64,000 nucleotides of DNA. It comes from PVC group bacterium (GTDB lineage: Bacteria > Verrucomicrobiota > Kiritimatiellia > CAIKKV01 > CAITUY01). Position 1 is the first letter of the stretch. Every line of letters begins with the position of its first letter. The notes beneath the pieces are model-generated. The model was not told the origin of the DNA. It saw only the letters and a program-made list of their open reading frames with translations, and did not search any database. Shown in pieces: positions 38,597-47,441 of this stretch. Both the position numbers and the translations under genes were made by a program. The stretch is from contig CAMBRF010000013.1 of assembly GCA_945870225.1 (NCBI GenBank), forward strand, positions 13,469 to 77,468. Direction: 5' to 3'.

Positions 38597-39760
38597 TTAT
38601 AGTTTCGAAAGAAATCTTTCGATTCGCGTCATTCCCTCTTCGATGTTAGACATGCTGCACGCATAGGAGAGACGGATGTTCTCATCCGCGCCAAAAGGCA
38701 GTCCGGGCACCACCGCCACCTTTTCCGCCTCAAGCAACCGATCGGCAAACACCACCGACTTCAGACCAAACGCCGAAATATTAGGAAACACGTAGAAGGC
38801 GCCTGTCGGGCAGACACAGGTGACACCCGGCATATTCGTCAAACGCTTGTGCAGGTAACGGCGGCGTTCATCAAAGGCCACCACCATCCTCGCCACGCAG
38901 TCCTGCGGTCCGCGCAACGCGGCCACCGCTCCGTACTGGGCAAACGTGTTCGGGGCCGACGTGCTATGACTCTGCAACGCCGATCCGGCTTTGACGATCT
39001 CCACCGGTCCCGCGTAATACCCCAACCGCCACCCCGTCATGGCGTAGGGCTTGCTGAAGCCGTTGACCGTGATGGTGCGCTTGAAGATTTCCGGCGACAG
39101 GCTCCCCACGCTGATCGCCTCGGCCCCGTCATAAACCATGCGCTCGTAGATCTCATCCGAGACGATATAGAGATTGTGCCGCACGGCCACCTCGGCCAGC
39201 GCGCGCAGTTCCTCTCGCGTATAGACCATTCCGGTGGGATTGGAGGGACTGTTAATAATCAACGCCCGGGTCCGGGGTGTAATCGCCGCCTCGAGTTGCG
39301 CCGGAGTCACCTTAAGCCCATGCGCCTCGCTGCCCCGCACCATCACCGGCTTGCCGCCGGCCACCCGCACCATCTCCGGATAACTCAGCCAGAACGGCGC
39401 CGGAATGAGAATCTCGTCACCCTCACGGCAAAGCGCCATGAAGATGTTGAAAAGCGAATGCTTGGCGCCATTGCTGACCAGGATCTGTTCGGTCTTGTAG
39501 GAGAGTTTGTTCTCCGCCAACAGCTTCTCGGCGATAGCGGCGCGCAATTCCATAATCCCGTCATTGGGGGCATACTTCGTCTTGCCATCCCGCAAAGCCT
39601 TGGCGGCCGCCTCCTTGATGTGCTCAGGAGTATCGAAATCCGGTTCCCCCGCCCCAAACCCGCACACACTCTGACCGGCCGCCACCAGTGCCTTGGCCTT
39701 GGCATCGATCGCCAGGGTCAGGGACGGTGTAATGGCTGTAATTCGCTCATTTAGTTCCAT
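38597..39760 (-). CDS. Class I/II PLP-dependent aminotransferase (aspartate aminotransferase-like)
   Basis: INSPSNPTG, and the lysine motif NGFSKPYAMTGWRLGY. Confidence 0.85.
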   Translation of the reverse strand: MELNERITAITPSLTLAIDAKAKALVAAGQSVCGFGAGEPDFDTPEHIKEAAAKALRDGKTKYAPNDGIMELRAAIAEKLLAENKLSYKTEQILVSNGAKHSLFNIFMALCREGDEILIPAPFWLSYPEMVRVAGGKPVMVRGSEAHGLKVTPAQLEAAITPRTRALIINSPSNPTGMVYTREELRALAEVAVRHNLYIVSDEIYERMVYDGAEAISVGSLSPEIFKRTITVNGFSKPYAMTGWRLGYYAGPVEIVKAGSALQSHSTSAPNTFAQYGAVAALRGPQDCVARMVVAFDERRRYLHKRLTNMPGVTCVCPTGAFYVFPNISAFGLKSVVFADRLLEAEKVAVVPGLPFGADENIRLSYACSMSNIEEGMTRIERFLSKL

Positions 39761-40916
39761 AATATTTCTCTACCCACTCGCCAATTGTATCTTGTTGAAC
39801 ATCCACTATGCACATTTCACGGGCCGCATTCTCCGGCGAATCCGAGGCATGCGCCGCATTAACCATGATGTCGCTCCCGAACTCGCGTCGGACAGAACCG
39901 GGCTGAGCCTTGGCAGGATCGGTGGGGCCCAGCAGGTAACGGATTTTTTCAACGGCACTCATACCCTTGTAAACGAGGGCCAGACAGTTTTCGGAGCCCA
40001 CTTTGGCCTTGTCCGCCTCGGCCACTTCCGAGGGCCGGTGGCCGGTCATGAACTGAATGATATCCTCGAATTGCCGGTCCCCGGCAATCGGTCCGATGTG
40101 CTCGCCAATCGCCGCCTTGGCATCCTCGGGAAGATCAAAACCCATCTCCCGCTTGAGAAGCGCTCCCACCTGCTGCCCTGTGATACTTTTGAATTTTTCC
40201 CGCAGAATACCGTGAACCGGACCGTAAAACTCCTCCGCCTGGGCCACCGTCATGGCAAACTTGCGCAGCCCCACAATCCGGAGCCCTGACCGCGAAAGAA
40301 GGTCGATGATATGTCCGGGACGAACGCTGGGGAACCGGAAATTATCCGGCTTGATGAGAACCAGCGTGCTCTGAACTCCCTCCGCTTCCGTCACATCCGC
40401 CCCATGGTCCACGATGCCACCGTCGCTTTGGGTGAATTCCGACCACAACCGCAGCACCTGCGCGGCACGCTCAACGGACGGCGCGACCAGAACCGCCGGC
40501 TCGAAGTAGCGCACCTTTTCGTTCTCGTCCACCACGTAGTCGCCATAGGTGTCACGGATCGTCTCGCCACCCACCCAGCCGGCACGCAGATGTCCCGTGG
40601 CCTCCCGCACCTTCTGGATGGCATTCTCCCCCTCAAACAGCAGAAGAATAACGCGGCGACGCAGGCCCGTAACCGAATCCGGCGCGTAGTTGGACCGCAC
40701 GTACTCGCTCAGCAACCGCGCAAACTCGGGTTCACTCTGGTTGCTGGTAAGAAGCGACGACGCATAGAGGTCCACCAACTCGGCGCTCGGCCCGTACATA
40801 CGGGCAGCGGCCAGGTTGAGCCCGGTCCGGCTCATCAAGCGCCCGATCACTCCGCCGGTTCGCGATTTGGCAATGGTGTATGGATTAATTAAAGCAAAAG
40901 CGAGTTCTGAAGCCAT
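39747..40916 (-). CDS. Tandem nucleoside-diphosphate-kinase-like protein (degenerate N-terminal NDK domain, catalytic C-terminal NDK domain)
   Basis: The C-terminal half has LVLIKPD ... NAAHASDS (NDK phospho-His motif NxxHGSD). The N-terminal half is NDK-like (FALINPYTIAK..., ENAIQKVREATG, ETIRDTYGD) but has no His at the equivalent site. Confidence 0.7.
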   Translation of the reverse strand: MASELAFALINPYTIAKSRTGGVIGRLMSRTGLNLAAARMYGPSAELVDLYASSLLTSNQSEPEFARLLSEYVRSNYAPDSVTGLRRRVILLLFEGENAIQKVREATGHLRAGWVGGETIRDTYGDYVVDENEKVRYFEPAVLVAPSVERAAQVLRLWSEFTQSDGGIVDHGADVTEAEGVQSTLVLIKPDNFRFPSVRPGHIIDLLSRSGLRIVGLRKFAMTVAQAEEFYGPVHGILREKFKSITGQQVGALLKREMGFDLPEDAKAAIGEHIGPIAGDRQFEDIIQFMTGHRPSEVAEADKAKVGSENCLALVYKGMSAVEKIRYLLGPTDPAKAQPGSVRREFGSDIMVNAAHASDSPENAAREMCIVDVQQDTIGEWVEKYYGTK

Positions 40917-41099
40917 GATCCGTCTCTCCGCGCATCCCAGAGACGCAAACCGCCCCTGTGATATTGGCCCGCAATAATAGGCCCGCCGTCCGGCGAATCA
41001 AGCCTAAAGCACTCGCCGCCTGTTATTCTTCATCTTGACACGGCACGGGCGGCAGAGCATCTTGAAGGAGACGGCGGGCGTCACTTTAAGGATAAAACC

Positions 41100-41753
41100 A
41101 TGAGCATACGCATCGTCTTGTGTGATGATCATCAGATTATCAGGGAGGGATTGAAATCCCTTCTGGAAAAGCAAAAGGACATGGTGGTGGTCGGCGAAGG
41201 CCAAACGGGACATGACGCCATCCGCCTGACGGCCAAAACCAACCCCAACGTGATCGTCCTGGATGTGTCCATGCCCGACCTTAACGGTATCGGCGCCGCC
41301 CAGCGTCTCCACGAAGACTACCCCAATTTGAAAATACTGGCGCTCTCCATGCATTCGGACCAACACTTCGTCACCGGTATGCTGGAGGCGGGGGCCTCCG
41401 GTTACCTGCTCAAGGATTGTGCGTTTTCCGAACTGGTCAACGCCATCCGGACGCTGATGGGCGGCGGAATTTACATCAGCCCGCGCCTCGCCGGAAATGT
41501 CCTGAAAGAATTCGCAATGCGGGCCAATCCCGCCCGTAAAATGGACCGGGTGGAGCTGTCGGACCGCGAAAAAGAGATCCTCCAGTTGATCGCCGAGGGG
41601 CATAGTACCAAGAAAATTTCCGCCACCCTGAACATCAGTGTGAAAACCGTGGAGACCCACCGGCAGCATATCATGCAGAAAATCGGCGACCACAACGTCG
41701 CCAGTCTCACGAAATACGCCATCCGTGAAGGATTAACCAGCCTGGAATCCTGA
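41100..41753 (+). CDS. NarL/LuxR-family response regulator
   Basis: Receiver domain (IRIVLCDDH..., VIVLDVSMPDLNG) plus LuxR HTH (LSDREKEILQLIAEGHSTKKISATLNISVKTVETHR). Confidence 0.9.
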   Translation: MSIRIVLCDDHQIIREGLKSLLEKQKDMVVVGEGQTGHDAIRLTAKTNPNVIVLDVSMPDLNGIGAAQRLHEDYPNLKILALSMHSDQHFVTGMLEAGASGYLLKDCAFSELVNAIRTLMGGGIYISPRLAGNVLKEFAMRANPARKMDRVELSDREKEILQLIAEGHSTKKISATLNISVKTVETHRQHIMQKIGDHNVASLTKYAIREGLTSLES

Positions 41754-41764
41754 GCCAGGCGGGA

Positions 41765-43033
41765 TTACCGCGTCCGTCTCTCCGGAAAAACGACCGTGCA
41801 ACAGGTCCCCTGCCCCTGGGTGAATTCGATGAGCCCGCCCAGCTGTTCCGCCAGCATGGCCACAAGATCCAATCCCAATGACTTCCGCTTGGCCTGATGC
41901 TGGTCCAGGGGGATACCAATCCCGTTGTCAGACACCTGAAGCAGGAGCCGGTCTGTGTCGAGCCGGCGGAAGATCACTTCAACCTTCCGGGCCGGGAATG
42001 ACGACGTGTCGATCCTTTCCGGGAAAGCGTGCTCCAACGCATTCGTCACCAGTTCATTGACGATCAGACCGCAGGGCACGGCGGCTTCAATCGTCAGATC
42101 CATCTCGGACATCTGGAGGTCCAGCTCGATCCGCCGCCCCAGCGCATTATGGGCACTGAAAAGCTCGTGCATCAAACTGCGGACATAGTCGTGAAAGGGA
42201 ATCCGGCTCATGTCAGGAGATTGGTATAGCTTCTCGTGAATCAACGCCATCGACCGAATCCGGTTGCGGCTGTCCCGAAACAGGGCCCGTGCCTTGGTAT
42301 CCCGGATATGCTCCTCGCCCAGTCGCAACAAACTGGAGATGATCTGGAGATTGTTTTTGACGCGGTGATGAATCTCGCGCAGCAGCACTTCCTTTTCCCT
42401 CAGGGACGCCTTGATGTGGGCCTCGATGCGTTTGCGCCGCGTGTTGGAACGTTCCAGGTGCAGAATGCGCTGAAGTCGCGCTTCGGCGCGCATCTTCTCG
42501 GTGATATCGGTGATGGAGACGAACACTTTCTCCAGGGTTTGCTCACAACCCGGCGCCACAACCACCCGGACCGCCACATGATTCGCCTCTCCTGAAAACG
42601 TACGGGTATCACACTCGGCCTCGAAATGAACCTCGTTCGCCGCCAGGGCGATCAGCTCATCACGGAACACCCGCCGGCTCGCCTCCGTGAAGGTCCGGGC
42701 GAATCCGCTGAGCAATTCCTCCTTGGTGCGGGCCCCATAAAGACTGAGCGCCGCCCGGTTCACGTCGATCACCCTGACCAGACCGGCCAACTCCTCCACC
42801 ACCAGAGGATTCTCAGTGAGATGACGGCCGAAATCGGAAATCCCCTCCTCGCGCAGCGTGTCGATCCGGCTCTTGACCTTGCTGAAGTCTTCCTCCCAAA
42901 GCGCAACCGGCGACTCCTCGAACAGCGCACGATACCGGAGCACACTCGCCTCCAGGGCGGTCTTTCGCTTCCGCAGACGGTCAAGTTCGACTGAGGGTTC
43001 GCTCGGTTTCTGGGACAACGCCTCCATACGCAC
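41765..43033 (-). CDS. Cytoplasmic PAS-containing sensor histidine kinase (HisKA_2/HWE-like)
   Basis: H-box EIHHRVKNNLQIISSLL and a C-terminal HATPase_c (NELVTNALEHAF...DNGIGIP). No TM segment seen. Confidence 0.85.
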   Translation of the reverse strand: MRMEALSQKPSEPSVELDRLRKRKTALEASVLRYRALFEESPVALWEEDFSKVKSRIDTLREEGISDFGRHLTENPLVVEELAGLVRVIDVNRAALSLYGARTKEELLSGFARTFTEASRRVFRDELIALAANEVHFEAECDTRTFSGEANHVAVRVVVAPGCEQTLEKVFVSITDITEKMRAEARLQRILHLERSNTRRKRIEAHIKASLREKEVLLREIHHRVKNNLQIISSLLRLGEEHIRDTKARALFRDSRNRIRSMALIHEKLYQSPDMSRIPFHDYVRSLMHELFSAHNALGRRIELDLQMSEMDLTIEAAVPCGLIVNELVTNALEHAFPERIDTSSFPARKVEVIFRRLDTDRLLLQVSDNGIGIPLDQHQAKRKSLGLDLVAMLAEQLGGLIEFTQGQGTCCTVVFPERRTR

Positions 43034-43790
43034 CTCCCGGCCCTGCAGTTATCCTCCCGGTTCGACCTTTTGTAAAGCAGACTCTTAGCAGCGGATCCGG
43101 CCATCCGGCTTCCCGGAAGGCCGCCGCTCGCTCCACGCAGGCGGGACAGTTCCCACAGGGTGCCGACTCACCCCGGTAACAGGTCCAGGTATGAGCGTAA
43201 TCCACGCCCAGGTCCCGACCCAGCCTGAGCTCCTCCGCTTTACGCCACGCTACAAAAGGCGCCTGCACCCGCACCGGAATACGGCGATTCAACGCCAGCA
43301 CGGCGTTGATCCGGTCGAGAAACCCGGCCGTGCAATCCCAATAACCGTAACGATCCTGCGCCTGCGCGCCATAGTAGATATCCGCCACGCCACGCGCCTC
43401 GGCATAGGCCGCCGCCAGCGAGAGCAGGATCATATTCCGGTTCGGCACATACGTGGGAGGCTGACTCAACTGCGCCGCGCCGAGATCGGCGAGGCGGGGC
43501 ACGTCGAGCGCCTGATCGGTCAGCGTCGATCCGCCGGGCGTCAACGCGCCGAAAAAACTCATATCCACCACGTCATGCGCGATCACACCCGCCGCGCGCG
43601 CCTGCCAGGCGGCCGCCTCCAGTTCGCGCCGGTGCTTCTGTCCATAAAGAAACGATAACGCATAAACCTTGCCGACCGCCAATCGCCTGACCACATAATG
43701 CAGCAGGGTCGTCGAATCCATTCCGCCTGACAGCAGCACGACCGCCGACTCCGGCGACGCTGGACGTTTCTCCGATTCCGTTCCGCTCAT
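42981..43790 (-). CDS. queC: 7-cyano-7-deazaguanine synthase
   Basis: Start trimmed to MSGTESEK (ATGA overlap with the queE stop). PP-loop VVLLSGGMDSTT and Zn site CGNCPACVER. The C-terminal tail overlaps the kinase 5' end by about 50 nt. Confidence 0.85.
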   Translation of the reverse strand: MSGTESEKRPASPESAVVLLSGGMDSTTLLHYVVRRLAVGKVYALSFLYGQKHRRELEAAAWQARAAGVIAHDVVDMSFFGALTPGGSTLTDQALDVPRLADLGAAQLSQPPTYVPNRNMILLSLAAAYAEARGVADIYYGAQAQDRYGYWDCTAGFLDRINAVLALNRRIPVRVQAPFVAWRKAEELRLGRDLGVDYAHTWTCYRGESAPCGNCPACVERAAAFREAGWPDPLLRVCFTKGRTGRITAGPGGAYGGVVPETERTLSRT

Positions 43791-44422
43791 TTTATCCCCA
43801 GCACCTTGTGCAACGGCAGTTGTAGCCTGACCGGCAGGCGCGCCGCCAGGATCCACTCTCCGAGCACGCCCGCCGCTAACGCGCCAAAGACCGGGCTGAA
43901 CAGCACCGCCCGGCACCGCCCGGCCAGATGATGCCGCTCCACCAGACCGCACGCCCACTCAAAATCCCCGCGGTCACCGATCACGAATTTCACTTCATCG
44001 CAGGGCCGGAGCCGCCCGATATTCCCGAAATCCATGGCGTCCGACTCCCCGCTGCCCGGACATTTCAAGTCCATGATGGCGATCACTCCGGCGGGAACGA
44101 CGGACAGATCCCGGCTGCCGTTGGTTTCAACGAGAACCGTGCCTCCGTGCGGCAGGAGTCCGGCGGCCAAATCGGCGAACCCCGGCTGCAGGAGCGGCTC
44201 CCCCCCCGTTATCTCCACCAGTGGGACCCCGCTTTTTACAAACGCCTCAACGAGTTCAGACACGGGCGTCTCAGCCCCCTCCTCATACGCATGGCGGGTA
44301 TCACAATAACGGCAGCGGAGATTACAGCCGCTCAACCGGATGAAAAAACAGGGCAACCCGGCCCAGGTGGACTCGCCCTGCAGCGAGACAAAGGCCTCCG
44401 TAACCCTGACCGTCGTGCTCAC
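43787..44422 (-). CDS. queE: 7-carboxy-7-deazaguanine synthase (radical SAM)
   Basis: CNLRCRYCDT cluster motif, 211 aa, located between queD and queC. Confidence 0.85.
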   Translation of the reverse strand: MSTTVRVTEAFVSLQGESTWAGLPCFFIRLSGCNLRCRYCDTRHAYEEGAETPVSELVEAFVKSGVPLVEITGGEPLLQPGFADLAAGLLPHGGTVLVETNGSRDLSVVPAGVIAIMDLKCPGSGESDAMDFGNIGRLRPCDEVKFVIGDRGDFEWACGLVERHHLAGRCRAVLFSPVFGALAAGVLGEWILAARLPVRLQLPLHKVLGIK

Positions 44423-44799
44423 ACGCAGTCGTCTTCCCAGTAACTGGCGGTCGTTCCCGGTGTTTCGCAGACCGTAACCTTATGAACCCAGTGATGCCCG
44501 CTGTTAAGCGCGCCGGCCAGACTTGCATGCAGATACCGCGCGATATTCTCGGAAGTCGGATTGGTGCGCACGAACGAGGGCAGCTTGTTCAGATCAACAT
44601 GGTCGAGTTCCTTCATCGTCTCGCGCAAGGCCCCTTTGATTTCCCTGAAGTCCATCAGCATGCCGAGTTCATTCAGCCTCGACCCTCGCAGGAAGATCTC
44701 AACATCCCAATTATGCCCATGCGGATTGGCACACGGTCCGTCATACCCCACCAGTTGATGCGCCGCCGAAAAATGCGTTTTAACACTTAACTCAAACAT
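44419..44799 (-). CDS. queD: 6-carboxy-5,6,7,8-tetrahydropterin synthase
   Basis: 126 aa. CANPHGHNWDVE zinc/catalytic motif. Confidence 0.85.
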   Translation of the reverse strand: MFELSVKTHFSAAHQLVGYDGPCANPHGHNWDVEIFLRGSRLNELGMLMDFREIKGALRETMKELDHVDLNKLPSFVRTNPTSENIARYLHASLAGALNSGHHWVHKVTVCETPGTTASYWEDDCV

Positions 44800-44802
44800 G
44801 CC

Positions 44803-45483
44803 TCACCCCAGTTGGTACACGGATTTCACGTCCTCAAACGTCCGACTTTTCAAATACGCCGCAATGGCCGTGTCATAGGCGGCCGTGTGTGAAAAAGCCT
44901 TCTGGGCCAGCTCGAAACGCGTCTTGAGCGGCATCACGCCCTTCGACCGCGCCAATTCCGAAACGAGGCGTCCATAGTCGGCCGGATCGGTCACCGACGC
45001 CACCCGCAGGAAATTTTTCGCGGCGGCCCGAACCATGCAGGGCCCGCCAATATCGATGTTCGCCCGGGCTTTTTCGACCGTGACATCCGGCTTCGCCACC
45101 GTCTGGGCGAACGGATAGAGGTTCACGATCACCATGTCAAGGGCCACGCCCTGCGTCCGCTTCAGATCGGCCGCATGGGCGGGGTTATACGTTTCACTCA
45201 GCAATCCCAGGTAAATTTTGAAATCCAGCGTTTTCACCAGACCGCCCTGCATTTCCGGCTGCCCGGTATAATCCGAAACCTGCACCAGATGACGCGCCGC
45301 CGCCGGCCCCAGCAGTTCCCGTATGGCCGTGTACGTGCCGCCCGTCGAATAAATCCTGAGTTCGGGATTGAGCTTTACCAGGCTGGGAATAAACGTATCC
45401 AGCCCGGTCTTGTCCGACACACTCGCCAGAACGTTCCGGATGGTGACCCCGTCATCAATTCGTTCCACAAAATTAACCGCCAT
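44803..45483 (-). CDS. Stand-alone IMP cyclohydrolase domain (PurH N-terminal/MGS-like domain only)
   Basis: SVSDKTG, STGGT, VNLYPF, IDIGGPCMVRAAAKNF and HTAAYDTAIAAYL match the PurH IMPCH half. The ORF stops at 226 aa, and queD starts 4 nt later. Confidence 0.75.
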   Translation of the reverse strand: MAVNFVERIDDGVTIRNVLASVSDKTGLDTFIPSLVKLNPELRIYSTGGTYTAIRELLGPAAARHLVQVSDYTGQPEMQGGLVKTLDFKIYLGLLSETYNPAHAADLKRTQGVALDMVIVNLYPFAQTVAKPDVTVEKARANIDIGGPCMVRAAAKNFLRVASVTDPADYGRLVSELARSKGVMPLKTRFELAQKAFSHTAAYDTAIAAYLKSRTFEDVKSVYQLG

Positions 45484-45625
45484 GGATTGCGCTCCCTTCT
45501 TGCGTCAGCCGGCATTATGCCAGAAACCGGCGCCGACAAAAGGGAAGAATGCACCCTCCCGGCGGGATGCCTTGTTACCTTAGAGTTTGCTTGATATTCA
45601 GGCTGAACTTCGGCTCACTATCGGC

Positions 45626-47338
45626 ATGGCAAAGCGTACCCCCACGGCCGAAACGGCCGAAACGATGGCACGGAAACAGCGGGATATCTCCGTTTCCGAG
45701 TTCTTCCTCAAAAACCGCCACCTGCTGGGATTCGATAATCCCCGCAAGGCCCTGTTGACCACCGTCAAAGAGGCGGTGGATAACGCCCTGGACGCCTGCG
45801 AAGAGGCGGGCATCATCCCCGAGATCAGCGTGGATATCCAGCAGATCGGCCCGAACCGTTTCAGTGTGGCGATCACCGATAACGGACCGGGGATCGTGCG
45901 CGCCCAGATTCCCAAAATCTTCGCCAAGCTGCTCTACGGCTCCAAGTTCCACCGCCTGCGCATGTCGCGGGGCCAACAGGGCATCGGCATCAGCGCGGCC
46001 GGCATGTACGGTCAGTTGACCACCGGGCGCGCCACCAAAATCCTTTCGCGCACGGCGGGCGCCAAGCAGGCCCACCATATCGAGGTGCAGATTGATACCC
46101 GCAAAAATACGCCGACCATCCTGAAGGACGTGATGATCGAATGGAGACCGGAGTTTCAGCCCACCGGCACGGACGGTTCACCCGGCGAACAAGTCGTATC
46201 AGCCCACGGCACCTGCGTCGAGATCGAGATGGAAGCGGCCTATTTCCGCGGCGCCCGCTCGGTGGAGGAATACCTGAAGCAGTGCGCGATCGTGAACCCG
46301 CACCTCCAGCTCCATTTCCGCGCCCAGCTCCTGAAGAAGGAAGGGACGGCGGAGGAACCGGCTCCGACCGCAGGGGAACCTGCCACCCCGCCGGCGGCGG
46401 GCTCGCCCTGGACCACCTTCTTCCGGGGGGTCAACCACCTGCCGCCGCCACCCGTGGAAATCAAGCCCCATCCCCACGGCGTGGAACTGGGCCTCCTGAT
46501 GCAGATGATGAAGGATACCCCCGCCCGGACCCTGCGGGCGGCGTTGTCGCAGGATTTCTCCCGGGTGAGCGGCAAGGTGGCGCTGGATATCTGCGAGCGC
46601 GCCGGTCTGGATCCCCGGGCCAATCCGTCTCGCATCGCCCACCGCGAGAGCGAGGCGCTCTTCAAGGCCATCAACGAAACCAAACTGATGCGCCCCCCCA
46701 CGGACTGCCTGTCGCCGATCGGCGAGGAACAACTCCTGGCTGGCCTGCGGAAGGAAATGACGGCAGACTTCCTCACGGCGGTCACTCGCCCTCCCACCGT
46801 CTACCGCGGCAACCCGTTCCAGGTGGAAGTCGGCCTGGCCTATGTGCGGCCCGGCGACCAGGCGGACCTGGGCGCCGATGAACCGGCGCGCGTAATGCGC
46901 TTTGCCAACCGTGTTCCCCTCCTCCACATGGCGGGCGCCTGCTCCATTACCAAGGCCATCGCGGGCGTGAACTGGAAAAGCTACGGCCTCGCCCAGCCGC
47001 GCGGCTCGCTGCCCACCGGGCCGGTCGTCATCATGGTCCACATGGCCAGCGTATGGGTCCCCTTCACCAGCGAGAGCAAGGAGGCCATCGCCCACTATCC
47101 GGAAATCATCCGGGAGATCACGTTCGGGCTTCAGGAATGCGGACGCCAACTGGCCGTGTTCCTCCATAAACGGCGACGCCTGGCCGAGCAGGACCGCAAA
47201 CGCAGTTACATCGCGTTGTATATTCCCCACCTGGCGCTGGGCCTCAAGGATATCCTTGATCTGTCCGACAAGGACGAAGCCCGCGTAGTGAGCAGTCTGA
47301 ACGACTTGTTGGAACGAACCCATCTGGAAACAACATAA
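45626..47338 (+). CDS. top6B: DNA topoisomerase VI subunit B
   Basis: KQRDISVSEFFLKNRHLLGFDNPRKALLTTVKEAVDNALDA (Top6B N-terminus with the GHKL N-box) and RGQQGIGISA (G2 box). About 570 aa. Confidence 0.85.
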   Translation: MAKRTPTAETAETMARKQRDISVSEFFLKNRHLLGFDNPRKALLTTVKEAVDNALDACEEAGIIPEISVDIQQIGPNRFSVAITDNGPGIVRAQIPKIFAKLLYGSKFHRLRMSRGQQGIGISAAGMYGQLTTGRATKILSRTAGAKQAHHIEVQIDTRKNTPTILKDVMIEWRPEFQPTGTDGSPGEQVVSAHGTCVEIEMEAAYFRGARSVEEYLKQCAIVNPHLQLHFRAQLLKKEGTAEEPAPTAGEPATPPAAGSPWTTFFRGVNHLPPPPVEIKPHPHGVELGLLMQMMKDTPARTLRAALSQDFSRVSGKVALDICERAGLDPRANPSRIAHRESEALFKAINETKLMRPPTDCLSPIGEEQLLAGLRKEMTADFLTAVTRPPTVYRGNPFQVEVGLAYVRPGDQADLGADEPARVMRFANRVPLLHMAGACSITKAIAGVNWKSYGLAQPRGSLPTGPVVIMVHMASVWVPFTSESKEAIAHYPEIIREITFGLQECGRQLAVFLHKRRRLAEQDRKRSYIALYIPHLALGLKDILDLSDKDEARVVSSLNDLLERTHLETT

Positions 47339-47361
47339 GACGGGCTATGCCCGTAACCCAG

Positions 47362-47417
47362 GGGAGGGCGCGCATGATGCGCGCCGCGGACGGCGACACG
47401 CCGTCCCTCCCAAAAAC
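47362..47417 (+). repeat. Full-length copy 1 of the structured 56-nt intergenic repeat
   Basis: GGGAGGG-CGCGCATGATGCGCG-CCGC-GGACGGCG-ACA-CGCCGTCC-CTCCC-AAAAAC. Identical over 56/56 nt to 56044..56099. Confidence 0.9.
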
Positions 47418-47441
47418 AGAAGATGCATGTTGGAGGATTTC

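Noticed and set aside
47362-47417. The hairpin repeats interpreted as Rho-independent terminators of top6B, top6A, the anti-sigma gene and the VIT-vWA gene.
   Set aside because: On the transcribed strand the stems are followed by CTCCCAAA(AA), not a U-tract. They also sit inside what look like operons, with the next SD 20-70 nt downstream. An attenuator or processing role is not excluded, but a simple terminator call is unsupported.
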